The notes under the pieces: model-generated
What the model saw: the letters and a program-made list of their open reading frames with translations, nothing else
What the model was told of the DNA's origin: nothing
The model's database searches: none
Shown: positions 7,652 to 16,700 of the stretch, in pieces
Position numbering within the stretch: the stretch's first letter is position 1
How the letters are laid out: each line of letters opens with the position of its first letter
Translations under genes and position numbers: made by a program
Source of the DNA: Bdellovibrionales bacterium
GTDB taxonomy: Bacteria; Bdellovibrionota; Bdellovibrionia; Bdellovibrionales; JAGQZY01
DNA length: 38,998 nucleotides
Assembly: GCA_031426555.1 (NCBI GenBank)
Contig: JANPLN010000063.1
Coordinates: 1-38,998, forward strand
Direction of reading: 5' to 3'

Positions 7652-8290
7652 ATGAACGAATCAATACAACAAGCTCTTGAGTGGAGATATGCGGTTAAAA
7701 AGTTTGATGCGACAAAAAAAGTTTCTGAGAAAGATTGGAAAACGTTAGAGGCCAGTCTGGTGCTTTCGCCCTCGTCCTATGGACTGCAACCGTGGAAATT
7801 TTTAGTGGTGCAAAATCCGCAACTGCGCCAGCAATTAAAAGACGTTTCTTGGGGGCAAACCCAAGTGACAGATTGTTCGCACTACGTGGTTTTGGTTTAC
7901 AAAGCCAAAATGGACGAAGCCCATATTCAAAAGTATATCGACCGCATGGCTCAGGTGCGAAATATTCCTAAAACCAGTTTGGATGGATATAAAAACGTGA
8001 TGATCGGCGATGTGGTCAAAGGACCTCGCGCGCAAGTGATTGAGCCATGGGCTCAGCGACAAACATATATCGCCATGGGGTTTTTAATGGAAACCGCCGC
8101 TGTGTTGAAAGTGGACACATGTCCCATGGAAGGTTTAGATCCGAAAGCCTATGATAAAATCCTTAAGCTTGAAGGTACAGGTTGGGCCACTGTTGCGGCT
8201 GTTGCCGTCGGCTATCGCCACCCGGATGATGTTTTGCAGAATGCGAAAAAAGTGCGTTTCGAAAGCAAGGACCTCGTTCAGTTTTTGTGA
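7652..8290 (+). CDS. NAD(P)H nitroreductase, NfsB-like
   Basis: WRYAVKKFD, LSPSSYGLQPWKF, VDTCPMEG, VGYR. AAGGAG SD before ATG at 7652. Confidence 0.92.
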   Translation: MNESIQQALEWRYAVKKFDATKKVSEKDWKTLEASLVLSPSSYGLQPWKFLVVQNPQLRQQLKDVSWGQTQVTDCSHYVVLVYKAKMDEAHIQKYIDRMAQVRNIPKTSLDGYKNVMIGDVVKGPRAQVIEPWAQRQTYIAMGFLMETAAVLKVDTCPMEGLDPKAYDKILKLEGTGWATVAAVAVGYRHPDDVLQNAKKVRFESKDLVQFL

Positions 8291-9534
8291 GACTTATTTT
8301 TTGTCTCTCCCTCTTTTTGAGTTCGGCTCCCGCTTTGGCCATCGAGGACGAGGTGACGGCCGCCTTTGAGGACACCAACGCGCCGGCCGAGGAACTTACA
8401 GAGGAGCTCACCGGCGAAACTGCCGGCGAGATTGCCGGTGAAACTACTGACGAGTTAACCGCCGACGAAGCGGCGCTCAAAAACATGGGCGTCGATGAGA
8501 TCGACGAAGCGATGCGATCTGCAGAAAAAAAGCGGCAAAATTCCTCTTCGGTAAAGCGCCGAGACGCGATCTTCTCAGACGTCAGTGCCTATCTCGAAGA
8601 AGAAGAGTATTTGATTGAACAAGAGAAAAAACGGAAAGAGCAAGAGCTCTCCGAACAGTTTTCCCAGAAAATACGAAATTTCCACACGAATCTTTCCGAA
8701 AACATCGTCAGCATCGCCGACAGCATTGATTCCTTCTTTATCAATCGGTCTATCACCGATGGTCGAAATCGAACGAACATCCGTTTGACCAACACGACGA
8801 ATTCCATTGAAGGAAGTGGCGTGAATAATGATTTTGATTTTAAGTTGCGTTTGCGATTGCCTCATCTTAAACGGAAAATTCAGTTGGAATTCGAAGATGA
8901 TGCTCTAGTCAACGACACAACGGGAGCCAGAGATAATCTCACTCAAACAGGCGGGACTCGTAGTACGCGTCAACAGGGCGGTTCGCGCGGTGGTCTGAGC
9001 TTTTATCAAAAGTTACTGGGCATTGAAACGAAGCTCACTTCAGGATTGGAAATTCGAAGCGAAGTGATCGTGTTCGGGCGGTTTCGAATTTCTAAAGATT
9101 TTGTACTAACACCCAAACAAAAAATCACCTTTATCCACGATGTGTTCGACGATACGACGGACAACAAAGGTCAAATCGGGATTTTAAATTACGATTACAC
9201 TTTTAATAAGGTCTTTTTATTGCGTTTTGCTAACGAGGAAACGTATCGTGATATTAATAATACGTTACAGACAATCCACGGCTTATCGCTTTACCAGCAG
9301 CTCAGCGATCGCAACTTCCTGTCTTACAATTACCGGGTGGAATCACTGAACCCGGAAGCCAGAACGACTTTTTATTTAAATACGCACGTCGTGAATGTGA
9401 GTTTTAGAAGAAGGCTCTACCGTGAGCATTTATATTACGAGACCGGTCCTGGTCTCATTTTTTCAAAAGCACATAATTTCGAAGGTCTATGGGCCTTCGT
9501 TTTCAAATTAGAACTTATTTTCGGTAATGTTTAA
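8287..9534 (+). CDS. Uncharacterised outer-membrane beta-barrel protein with acidic N-terminal extension
   Basis: Signal peptide ending ALA|I, Glu-rich low-complexity N-terminus, then alternating amphipathic strands ending FVFKLELIFGNV. The GTG start overlaps the nitroreductase stop (GTGA). Confidence 0.7.
   Translation: MRLIFCLSLFLSSAPALAIEDEVTAAFEDTNAPAEELTEELTGETAGEIAGETTDELTADEAALKNMGVDEIDEAMRSAEKKRQNSSSVKRRDAIFSDVSAYLEEEEYLIEQEKKRKEQELSEQFSQKIRNFHTNLSENIVSIADSIDSFFINRSITDGRNRTNIRLTNTTNSIEGSGVNNDFDFKLRLRLPHLKRKIQLEFEDDALVNDTTGARDNLTQTGGTRSTRQQGGSRGGLSFYQKLLGIETKLTSGLEIRSEVIVFGRFRISKDFVLTPKQKITFIHDVFDDTTDNKGQIGILNYDYTFNKVFLLRFANEETYRDINNTLQTIHGLSLYQQLSDRNFLSYNYRVESLNPEARTTFYLNTHVVNVSFRRRLYREHLYYETGPGLIFSKAHNFEGLWAFVFKLELIFGNV
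8389..8460 (+). repeat. Six degenerate 12-nt in-frame repeats (EELT EELT GETA GEIA GETT DELT)
   Basis: gaggaacttaca gaggagctcacc ggcgaaactgcc ggcgagattgcc ggtgaaactact gacgagttaacc. Confidence 0.75.
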
Positions 9535-9544
9535 AAAAAAGAGA

Positions 9545-9682
9545 TTAGGGGCTATAAGCCGCTTCCACGTAGTGGATCTTTGCTTTTCTTGCTTGAACTT
9601 CTTTTTTAGTACAGTTTTGGAATCCCAACATCAGCATGAGACTTGAGGACAAAACCAGGCTGCTCATTAACACTCGACGCAT
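9545..9682 (-). CDS. Small lipoprotein, 45 aa, with FQNC lipobox (absent from the ORF track)
   Basis: GGAGGTGA SD, then MRRVLMSSLVLSSSLMLMLGFQNC-TKKEVQARKAKIHYVEAAYSP*. Basic n-region, hydrophobic h-region, Cys24. Confidence 0.75.
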   Translation of the reverse strand: MRRVLMSSLVLSSSLMLMLGFQNCTKKEVQARKAKIHYVEAAYSP

Positions 9683-9832
9683 CTATCACCTCCAACAACT
9701 AGATCTTCGGCGTGTTAGAGGGATAAAGTGAACTGATTCTCAGGATGAGACAAGATTAAAGGCTTTTAAGAAACCTTAATCACCTAGACGAAGGATCGTC
9801 TAAAATGTCGACAAAAAAGCCAGACAGAAAAC

Positions 9833-10102
9833 CTATTTGTATTTTTCGATAAGTTTTTTGCCGGCTTGCTCTTCAACTTGTTTGATGCTGAGCTTTCCGC
9901 CGTTTTCCTTAACGATATCTTCGTAGGCTTTTTTTCGTTCGCCGTTGATTTTGGCGGCCAGGTCTTTGGCCTTCGGATCCACCGCTTTTAAGTAACCGTC
10001 GCTATTTTCGGTGACCATTTTTTTGCTTCGAGCCTCATAGAGCTCCAATGCACCAACACTGAAACTCAATACCAAAAATAAAAAAGTTAATAAATACTTC
10101 AC
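9833..10102 (-). CDS. ydbL: YdbL (DUF1318) family periplasmic protein
   Basis: Signal peptide, E(N)xDGYL, INxERxxxYxxI motifs. Last gene after ydbH-ynbE. Confidence 0.85.
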   Translation of the reverse strand: MKYLLTFLFLVLSFSVGALELYEARSKKMVTENSDGYLKAVDPKAKDLAAKINGERKKAYEDIVKENGGKLSIKQVEEQAGKKLIEKYK

Positions 10103-10115
10103 TGTTTCCTCCGTG

Positions 10116-10307
10116 TTAAAAAATGTCTTTCTTTTTGCTCATCACATCATCAAGTTGCTTGTCTACTTTGACCGAAATTTGATGGTCGATTTTTACATTC
10201 AAGTTGATCTCAAGTGGTTTGTCTGGAGCCTGCAGGGACACCGTTGGTGAGCAGGCGCAATAAATCCAAAAACCGAGGACAATAAGCAGTGTGTTTTTAA
10301 TGTTCAT
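10116..10307 (-). CDS. ynbE: YnbE family lipoprotein
   Basis: Lipobox CAC-SPTV, APDKPLEINLNVKIDHQISVKVDK, C-terminal DIF. Confidence 0.93.
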   Translation of the reverse strand: MNIKNTLLIVLGFWIYCACSPTVSLQAPDKPLEINLNVKIDHQISVKVDKQLDDVMSKKKDIF

Positions 10308-12178
10308 TCATTCACCTTTTCAAGCTTTTCTCGAATTCGATTCGGTAAATCGTAGGTTAGCATAATGGATTGCATGGCGGCTAATAAATTTTGTTCCAAA
10401 TTGACGTTCAGTTTTAAAGGTTTGCCGCTGAGGTAGTTGGGGTTGTGGCCCAGTGCAGCCAGATTCACAGTCATATCGTAGTTGGTGTCCGACGAAATAG
10501 TTAGAGACAGATTTTGGTACTGAAAATCATAAAGATAGTTATTGAGAATCTCCATGGGGCCATCACTTAGAGAAATCCCGGCAGCTTGTGTGTTCCCGGT
10601 GCGGTACTGAATCCAACCCGGTTTTGGATCGGTGAGTAAACCTTTAAAGACGGGGCGATTCCCCTTATAGGAAACCCCTAAGTGACCATGCAAAAGCCCC
10701 TTGGCTTGAACGGTGTCTTTCAGCCCAATCGCAAGAAGAGTTTCCAGGTCCACATTCACAACCTGAGCGAGAAATTTTTCGATGCGCTTTTTTTGCGGGT
10801 AAATAATAAAGTTTTCGGCGTAGAGTTCGCCTTTTCCGGCGCGCGCAGAAAACTGACTCACTTCGACGGTGAACATGCTGGGCATCTGGTAGGTGATTTT
10901 GAAATCTTCCACGCCAGGCCCGAGATTGATTTTTTTAATTTTTAACCACTGACGTTCCGGTGTTGCAAAAGAGTCCAACGAATTGATCCTGTGGTTAAAC
11001 GAAATTCCCTCATAGTGGCCAAAGTCGGACTGACTGGTTAAATTTTCGCCAACGAGATGAAGTGTTCCAGACAACTTTTCGTTTTGATAGGTGATATCGC
11101 TTCCGAGCTTTAAAGTTCCAGACAGCTCTTTAAGCCATTTTTTTACGTCGGGGATCAGGGACGCAAGTTGGCTGTTAAATTTTATTTTTGTTTTCGTGAC
11201 ATCCGTTTTAATTCGCAAAGCTTCAGAATCTTGCGCGATGTCCAAATCATCGATAAAAAGTTCGCGGGTTTTATCGCGAACCTGTAACATAGCTTTTGCG
11301 GAGTCCGTATTTTTTAAAAATGTTCCCAAAAGTTCCACGCCAGCAACTTGGTCGCCCTTTTCCTTAAAACCCAAAGACATGTTAGGAATTTTAAACTCTC
11401 CAGAGAGGGAGCCGTCAAAATTGTACAACCCATGGAGTTCAACGGCCGGCAGATTCCAAATATAAGCTTGGTGGGCCTTTACGTAGTGAGCCTCCACAAC
11501 GCCTTTGGTGTTCCATGCGAGAGGTTGCTCCGCCTTCCATTGCACGCCGGACTCATGCAGTGAGATAGAAAAATTCGAGATCTGCATCTCGTTATAGACG
11601 GTGTCTTTCACTTCAAAATTAAGTCGCTCCGACGTCACTTGAATACTTTCGCCTTCGCAAATCACATTGATAAGCCCCTTGGAATTTTTTTGATCATCCC
11701 ATTCTACTTGAAACTGTTTGGGAGCATTTTTCGCGCGCAGCTGCAGAGCCATCTTTTGCGTTCCAACAACCAGCTCTCGCCACTGAATCTGCAATTCAAT
11801 CTTTCGAAACTTTCTGCAAAGGGCAAAAGATTCAGCAAAAGCGGCAGGTTCGCTCGTGTCCGACTGGTTCTTCGCCAGTTTCGTGAAAGTATCCTGCAAA
11901 GACTCCGCGTCCAAAGTGTCGATGTCCAGTTGGATTTTTTTGAAAAAGTCGCTCGCGCCAACGTCGTACTGAACATTTAAAAGTGGAATTATATTTTTAC
12001 TATTGAGTCGAAGATCTTTTAGCGAAAACTCGCTCAAAGTGAACGCGGTGATTTCGAACTGTAAATCTTGCTGGTGATTTTTGGCGTATCGTTGGATGGC
12101 CCAGGTGGTGATGGGAACGCGAGCCACCATCAAAGAGATAATGAGCAAAATGAAAAACGCCAGAATTTTAATCATCAC
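10304..12178 (-). CDS. ydbH: YdbH-like AsmA-superfamily intermembrane lipid-bridge protein
   Basis: N-terminal TM anchor, beta-rich body, C-terminal PGWIQY ... DFQYQNL ... LGHNP ... PLKLNVNLEQNL. Directly upstream of ynbE-ydbL. Confidence 0.88.
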   Translation of the reverse strand: MMIKILAFFILLIISLMVARVPITTWAIQRYAKNHQQDLQFEITAFTLSEFSLKDLRLNSKNIIPLLNVQYDVGASDFFKKIQLDIDTLDAESLQDTFTKLAKNQSDTSEPAAFAESFALCRKFRKIELQIQWRELVVGTQKMALQLRAKNAPKQFQVEWDDQKNSKGLINVICEGESIQVTSERLNFEVKDTVYNEMQISNFSISLHESGVQWKAEQPLAWNTKGVVEAHYVKAHQAYIWNLPAVELHGLYNFDGSLSGEFKIPNMSLGFKEKGDQVAGVELLGTFLKNTDSAKAMLQVRDKTRELFIDDLDIAQDSEALRIKTDVTKTKIKFNSQLASLIPDVKKWLKELSGTLKLGSDITYQNEKLSGTLHLVGENLTSQSDFGHYEGISFNHRINSLDSFATPERQWLKIKKINLGPGVEDFKITYQMPSMFTVEVSQFSARAGKGELYAENFIIYPQKKRIEKFLAQVVNVDLETLLAIGLKDTVQAKGLLHGHLGVSYKGNRPVFKGLLTDPKPGWIQYRTGNTQAAGISLSDGPMEILNNYLYDFQYQNLSLTISSDTNYDMTVNLAALGHNPNYLSGKPLKLNVNLEQNLLAAMQSIMLTYDLPNRIREKLEKVNE

Positions 12179-13531
12179 TTAATGGATGACCGACATAGAC
12201 TTCCATTTTCCACCGCGAAATCTCCCGAGAAAAATAAAGGCCTGGAGAATAATAAACGCGCTGGCTGCGCCCCAAGCCCAATACACTGAGTGTTCCCAAT
12301 TTTGCATATACCACGTGGGGAGTACCATTATTGGCCATGGAATGATGAGGGCTATGAGAGTAACGAAGCGTGTATCCCCCGCGCCCTTAAGAGCAAAGGA
12401 AAAAATCAAGTTCATACTGTCGAAGCACGTAAACAAAGCCACATACATTAAAATAAAGGGAGTCATGATTTGCACCTGCCCCCAGAGGTCCGCATTTTGA
12501 TCGTTTTTAAACCAGCTCAAATAGAAACCTGGAAACAGTACAAACGTGGTGGCGATGATGACAATGTAGGTTGCCGAAATCTGTAAGCCAGTCCACGAGG
12601 CCTCTTCGGCGAGGAGCGGTTTTTTTTCGCCTAAAAACTGACCCACCTTCACAGAGACAGCTTGTGCGACTCCCATGGTTGGCAAAACGGAAAGCATCAT
12701 CACAGTGATGGCAATGCTGCTACTAGCGAGAGCGGCATCGCCAAACTGCATGCGTCCGATCAAAATTAAAAAAACCGTAAAAGCTAAACCTTCCAAGGCC
12801 CACTGCAAACCGCTGGGAATTCCAAACTTTAAAAATCGTTTCATCAAAACCAAATCTAGCTGCCAGCCCGAGCGAAGATTAAATTGTGTGCTGTTTTGTT
12901 TATGAAAGACAAGATAGAGACCGTAAAAGGCGCTGGCAAAATTGGCCAATGTTGTCGCGTAACCTGCCCCCGCCACTCCCCAGGCAGGAAAGCCGAGATT
13001 TCCAAATATCAGCAAGTAATCAAAGATCACGTTGGTGACCAGTCCCACGGCGTTGATTCCGATAACGACTTGGGTTCTCCCAAGCCCGGAGAAGAAGGCA
13101 CTGCAGGCGGCGACGATGGCGGCCGGCAGTGCTGAGTAGCAAATAGAATCAAAATACTCAATCTCGAGCGGTATCAAGCTTGAAGAATGGCCAATCCAGC
13201 GAAAGAGTGCCGGCGAAATTGGAATGAGGCCCAAAAAAAGAACTCCACCGATAAGGCTCACATAGAGAGCTTGCCAAACGGCGGGACCAATTTTGTGCTG
13301 CTCTTTGGCGCCAAAATACTGGGCCACAAAAGTCATCAAATACGAGGCTGTTTGTTGAAGAAGAGCCATGGGCACCCAGAACACGCCCATGACGGCCATC
13401 GCCGCCCCCAAGGCCTCAATGGAGTAGTTGCCCAGGTAAATGCGATCGATGGTTAATTGTAAATTCCAAAAACTATTGGCGACGATCAGAGGCCATGCCA
13501 TTTTTAGAAGATTTAGCCATTTTTCTTTCAC
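12179..13531 (-). CDS. MATE family transporter (MOP superfamily)
   Basis: About 12 TM segments, MAWPLI, DRIYLG, LIFGNLGFPAWGVAGAGYAT, ALKGAGDT. Likely GTG start at 13531 after GGAG. Confidence 0.93.
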   Translation of the reverse strand: MKEKWLNLLKMAWPLIVANSFWNLQLTIDRIYLGNYSIEALGAAMAVMGVFWVPMALLQQTASYLMTFVAQYFGAKEQHKIGPAVWQALYVSLIGGVLFLGLIPISPALFRWIGHSSSLIPLEIEYFDSICYSALPAAIVAACSAFFSGLGRTQVVIGINAVGLVTNVIFDYLLIFGNLGFPAWGVAGAGYATTLANFASAFYGLYLVFHKQNSTQFNLRSGWQLDLVLMKRFLKFGIPSGLQWALEGLAFTVFLILIGRMQFGDAALASSSIAITVMMLSVLPTMGVAQAVSVKVGQFLGEKKPLLAEEASWTGLQISATYIVIIATTFVLFPGFYLSWFKNDQNADLWGQVQIMTPFILMYVALFTCFDSMNLIFSFALKGAGDTRFVTLIALIIPWPIMVLPTWYMQNWEHSVYWAWGAASAFIILQAFIFLGRFRGGKWKSMSVIH

Positions 13532-13565
13532 GCGAGCTCCAAGTTTGTTATGTGTTAGTAAGAAC

Positions 13566-14279
13566 ATGAAAGTCGTAAAAAGTCATCATCAAGTCTTATC
13601 CATTTGGGCCGAGTATCGCCGGCGGCGAGAGCGCGCTCCTCTGCTTATAACGTTGGATCATCACACAGATACCAGTTTGCCGTTTCGCAATTATTTAAAA
13701 GAAAAATTTCCCGAAGATAAAAAACTGCAAGATGCGGAACGACAAAAACTTTTAAAACAAATTTCTTACACAGACGTCGATTCTGTATCCATGGCCCAGA
13801 CTCTTTTGAGTCACGACGAGCATATTCTCACCGCACTCAGCAGTGACATCCTGTCGGCCGCCTTCGTGGTCGCACAAAACGCGATGGACACAGGTTTGCA
13901 AATTTACCGGGAGCACAAAGTTTGCTGCTACACGGTGGCAAGATCGGGCACGCAAGCGTCCATAAGCGAATGTGACCGCGTGCTTGAATCGGATTTTTTA
14001 CATTCGGCTGTGCTGCACTTTAACCGGGTGAGGCAGCAAAACGGCGAAGTTGATTTGCTGTCGCAGGATTATATCTTAGATGTGGATCTCGACTATTTTA
14101 ATACTTTGCGAGGAGTCACCCCCGAGAATCCAACGTTCTACCAGGAGCTTTTTAAAAATGCCGGTCTTATCACGGTGGCCGCAGAATCAGAACACGTTTT
14201 ACTTTGTGCGCGGGAAGACGGTTTAAACTCAGACATTCTTCTAGAAAGTTTAAAGAAGCTCCATGCACCTGCCTATTGA
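13566..14279 (+). CDS. UPF0489 family protein (arginase/deacetylase-like fold)
   Basis: SHHQVL, ITLDHHTD, ILDVDLDYF, ITVAAES. Start moved to MKVVKSH. Confidence 0.75.
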   Translation: MKVVKSHHQVLSIWAEYRRRRERAPLLITLDHHTDTSLPFRNYLKEKFPEDKKLQDAERQKLLKQISYTDVDSVSMAQTLLSHDEHILTALSSDILSAAFVVAQNAMDTGLQIYREHKVCCYTVARSGTQASISECDRVLESDFLHSAVLHFNRVRQQNGEVDLLSQDYILDVDLDYFNTLRGVTPENPTFYQELFKNAGLITVAAESEHVLLCAREDGLNSDILLESLKKLHAPAY

Positions 14280-16692
14280 TGGTTTTTTGCCAAAGATTTC
14301 CGAATCTCTTTTGTCCCACAACAATTTAATCATTTCAGCGGCACCAGGGGCCGGAAAAACCACGCGGGTTCCCGTGGAGCTGAGCCGCAACACAGCAAAA
14401 CAGGTATGGGTGCTCGAACCTCGGCGAATTGCCGCAGTTTCAGCAGCGAGCCGGATTGCCGAAGAGCAGGGTTGGGAGTTGGGGCAAGAGGTCGGTTATC
14501 AGGTTCGGTTTGACTCAAAGTTTTCAGCGTCCACCAAAATTCTTTTTTTAACCGAAGCTCTCTTGTTGCGAAAATTAAAAGCGGATGCCGAGCTCACATC
14601 CGTGGGTGTGATCGTATTGGACGAATTCCACGAGCGTTCGTTGCATGTGGATTTGGCGCTTGCGTGTTTGAAAGAGCTCCAAGAACTTGCGCGACCCGAC
14701 ATTAAGATTGTGGTGATGTCGGCCACTCTCAATGCTCAACAAATTTCGGATTATCTAAATACGGCTCCCATCGTCGACGTTCCTGGACAGTCGTTTCCAC
14801 TGCAAGTTGTTTATCATGACAAAGGGCAAATTTTAAGTACGGGGCCTGAGTTTTTACAAAGAATGAAAGAGCTTATTTTGAAAGCTGTGCAAAAAGTTCC
14901 ACAGGGAGACATCCTCTGCTTTTTGCCGGGACAAGGGGAAATCAAAAAACTTTACTCAGACCTCTCGCAAACACTTCCCAAAACTTATGAGCTTTTTGAA
15001 TTGCATGGCCAGCTAAGCCTTGCGGACCAGAGGCGAGTTTTAAAACCGAGCCCCGCCCGCAAAGTGATTCTCGCCACCAATGTGGCGGAAAGCTCCATCA
15101 CTATTGATGGGGTTTCGGTGGTGGTGGACAGTGGCTTAGCACGAATCCAAGAGCAGGATCTGGCAACAGGGTTTGATACTTTGCGCGTCGGTAAAATTTC
15201 GAAGGCGTCGGCAACTCAGCGCGCTGGGCGAGCGGCTCGACAGGGACCCGGAACTGTTTTTCGTGCATGGAGCAAATCAGAAGAGAGCACACAGAAAGAT
15301 TTCGAACTTCCCGAAATCGACCGGGTGGATTTATCGGAATCGATTTTACTATTATCGGGATTAGGAATTAGCAACTTCGATGCGTTTTCTTGGTTTCAAA
15401 AGCCCAGTGATAAACGATTGCGTATGAGTTTGGACTTTTTAGTCGTCCTTGGTGCTCTTGATAAAGATCACCTCCTCACGCCCGATGGAAAGCAACTGGG
15501 TTCCTTTCCACTGCATCCGCGGTTGGGCAAGCTGCTGCTCGAGGGGCAAAAAAGAAATTGTTTTCCCCTGGCTTGCAAACTCGCCGTGCTTTTAAGCGAG
15601 GGCGGGCGCTCCAGCGCTCCTCTGATTTTTGAAGAAAATGATTTATGGGTTGCGGACTTTTCATCAAAGTTCGAAGAGCGTATGTACCACCAGCTGCTAG
15701 ATATGGGGAAGGCAGCAGCTCAGCAAAAGCACGATGCCGACTTACAGCAAGAGTTGTTGTTTTTGGTTTACAAAGATCGGTTGTGCCGCCGGCGACAGGC
15801 CGATTCTCCCGAGGCCAAAATGGCGGGTGGGCGTGGAGTGCTGCTGCACGCGAAATCCTCAGTACGAAAAAGTCTGTATTTTTTAGCCTTGAGTATTAAG
15901 GATGGTCACCATGGTGCCAACTCCACTGTCTTCACAGCGTTTGGCCTCGACACTGATTTTGTCGAAGCCCAGTTAAAGTCGGAAAAAGAAGTGGTAAAAA
16001 CCATCACGTGGGATGCCGACAGCAATCGATTTTGGACGCTTGAAGAATGGCAGTGGCAAGGCTTGTCCCTAGGTTCTACGCAGCGAAAGCCAGCCACCGC
16101 GGCGGAGGTGCAGGAACGCCTGGTGGATGTGGTGCTGGCTCGTTGGAGCCAGCTTCTTGAAAAAAACGAAGAGCTCGCCCAATTTCTTCAGAGGCTTACA
16201 TTTTTGAGTAAATCCCATTCACAAATTCTGCCAATCACCGAGGAGCAAATAAGAAATTCTTTAGAGCAAGCATGTTACGGAGAAACCGCGGTGGAAAAAA
16301 TTTACGCAAAAGACCTAGTTTATTATTTCAAAAATAATATGGATGCGGAATGGGTCGACACTTTAGAAAAAGAGTGTCCGTCGCATTGGATTGTGCCCAC
16401 GGGGAATCGCTTGCGCGTTAAATATTCTCTGGAACAAGGGCCCTCTGTTGAAGTGCGCTTGCAGGAATTGTTTGGACTGCAACAGGTGCCGATTTTTTGT
16501 GGCCAAGCATTGACTCTTTTTTTATTGGCACCCAACTACCGTCCGGTGCAGGTGACTCGAGATCTCGCCAGTTTTTGGAAAAATGGCTATCCCGAGGTGC
16601 GCAAAGAAATGCGGTCCCGCTATCCCAAACACTCCTGGCCCGACGACCCTCTCACGGCGCCTCCGCAGGCCAAGGGTCGCCCACGACGATAA
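14263..16692 (+). CDS. hrpB: ATP-dependent helicase HrpB
   Basis: APGAGKTT, LDEFHER, MSAT, ATNVAESSITIDG, QRAGRAAR, C-terminal RYPKHSWPDDP. Confidence 0.96.
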   Translation: MHLPIDGFLPKISESLLSHNNLIISAAPGAGKTTRVPVELSRNTAKQVWVLEPRRIAAVSAASRIAEEQGWELGQEVGYQVRFDSKFSASTKILFLTEALLLRKLKADAELTSVGVIVLDEFHERSLHVDLALACLKELQELARPDIKIVVMSATLNAQQISDYLNTAPIVDVPGQSFPLQVVYHDKGQILSTGPEFLQRMKELILKAVQKVPQGDILCFLPGQGEIKKLYSDLSQTLPKTYELFELHGQLSLADQRRVLKPSPARKVILATNVAESSITIDGVSVVVDSGLARIQEQDLATGFDTLRVGKISKASATQRAGRAARQGPGTVFRAWSKSEESTQKDFELPEIDRVDLSESILLLSGLGISNFDAFSWFQKPSDKRLRMSLDFLVVLGALDKDHLLTPDGKQLGSFPLHPRLGKLLLEGQKRNCFPLACKLAVLLSEGGRSSAPLIFEENDLWVADFSSKFEERMYHQLLDMGKAAAQQKHDADLQQELLFLVYKDRLCRRRQADSPEAKMAGGRGVLLHAKSSVRKSLYFLALSIKDGHHGANSTVFTAFGLDTDFVEAQLKSEKEVVKTITWDADSNRFWTLEEWQWQGLSLGSTQRKPATAAEVQERLVDVVLARWSQLLEKNEELAQFLQRLTFLSKSHSQILPITEEQIRNSLEQACYGETAVEKIYAKDLVYYFKNNMDAEWVDTLEKECPSHWIVPTGNRLRVKYSLEQGPSVEVRLQELFGLQQVPIFCGQALTLFLLAPNYRPVQVTRDLASFWKNGYPEVRKEMRSRYPKHSWPDDPLTAPPQAKGRPRR

Positions 16693-16700
16693 CTTTTGCT

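Noticed and set aside
9785..9802. Hairpin TAGACGA...TCGTCTA as the ydbL terminator
   Set aside because: No U tract on the minus strand. It overlaps the recurrent intergenic motif instead.
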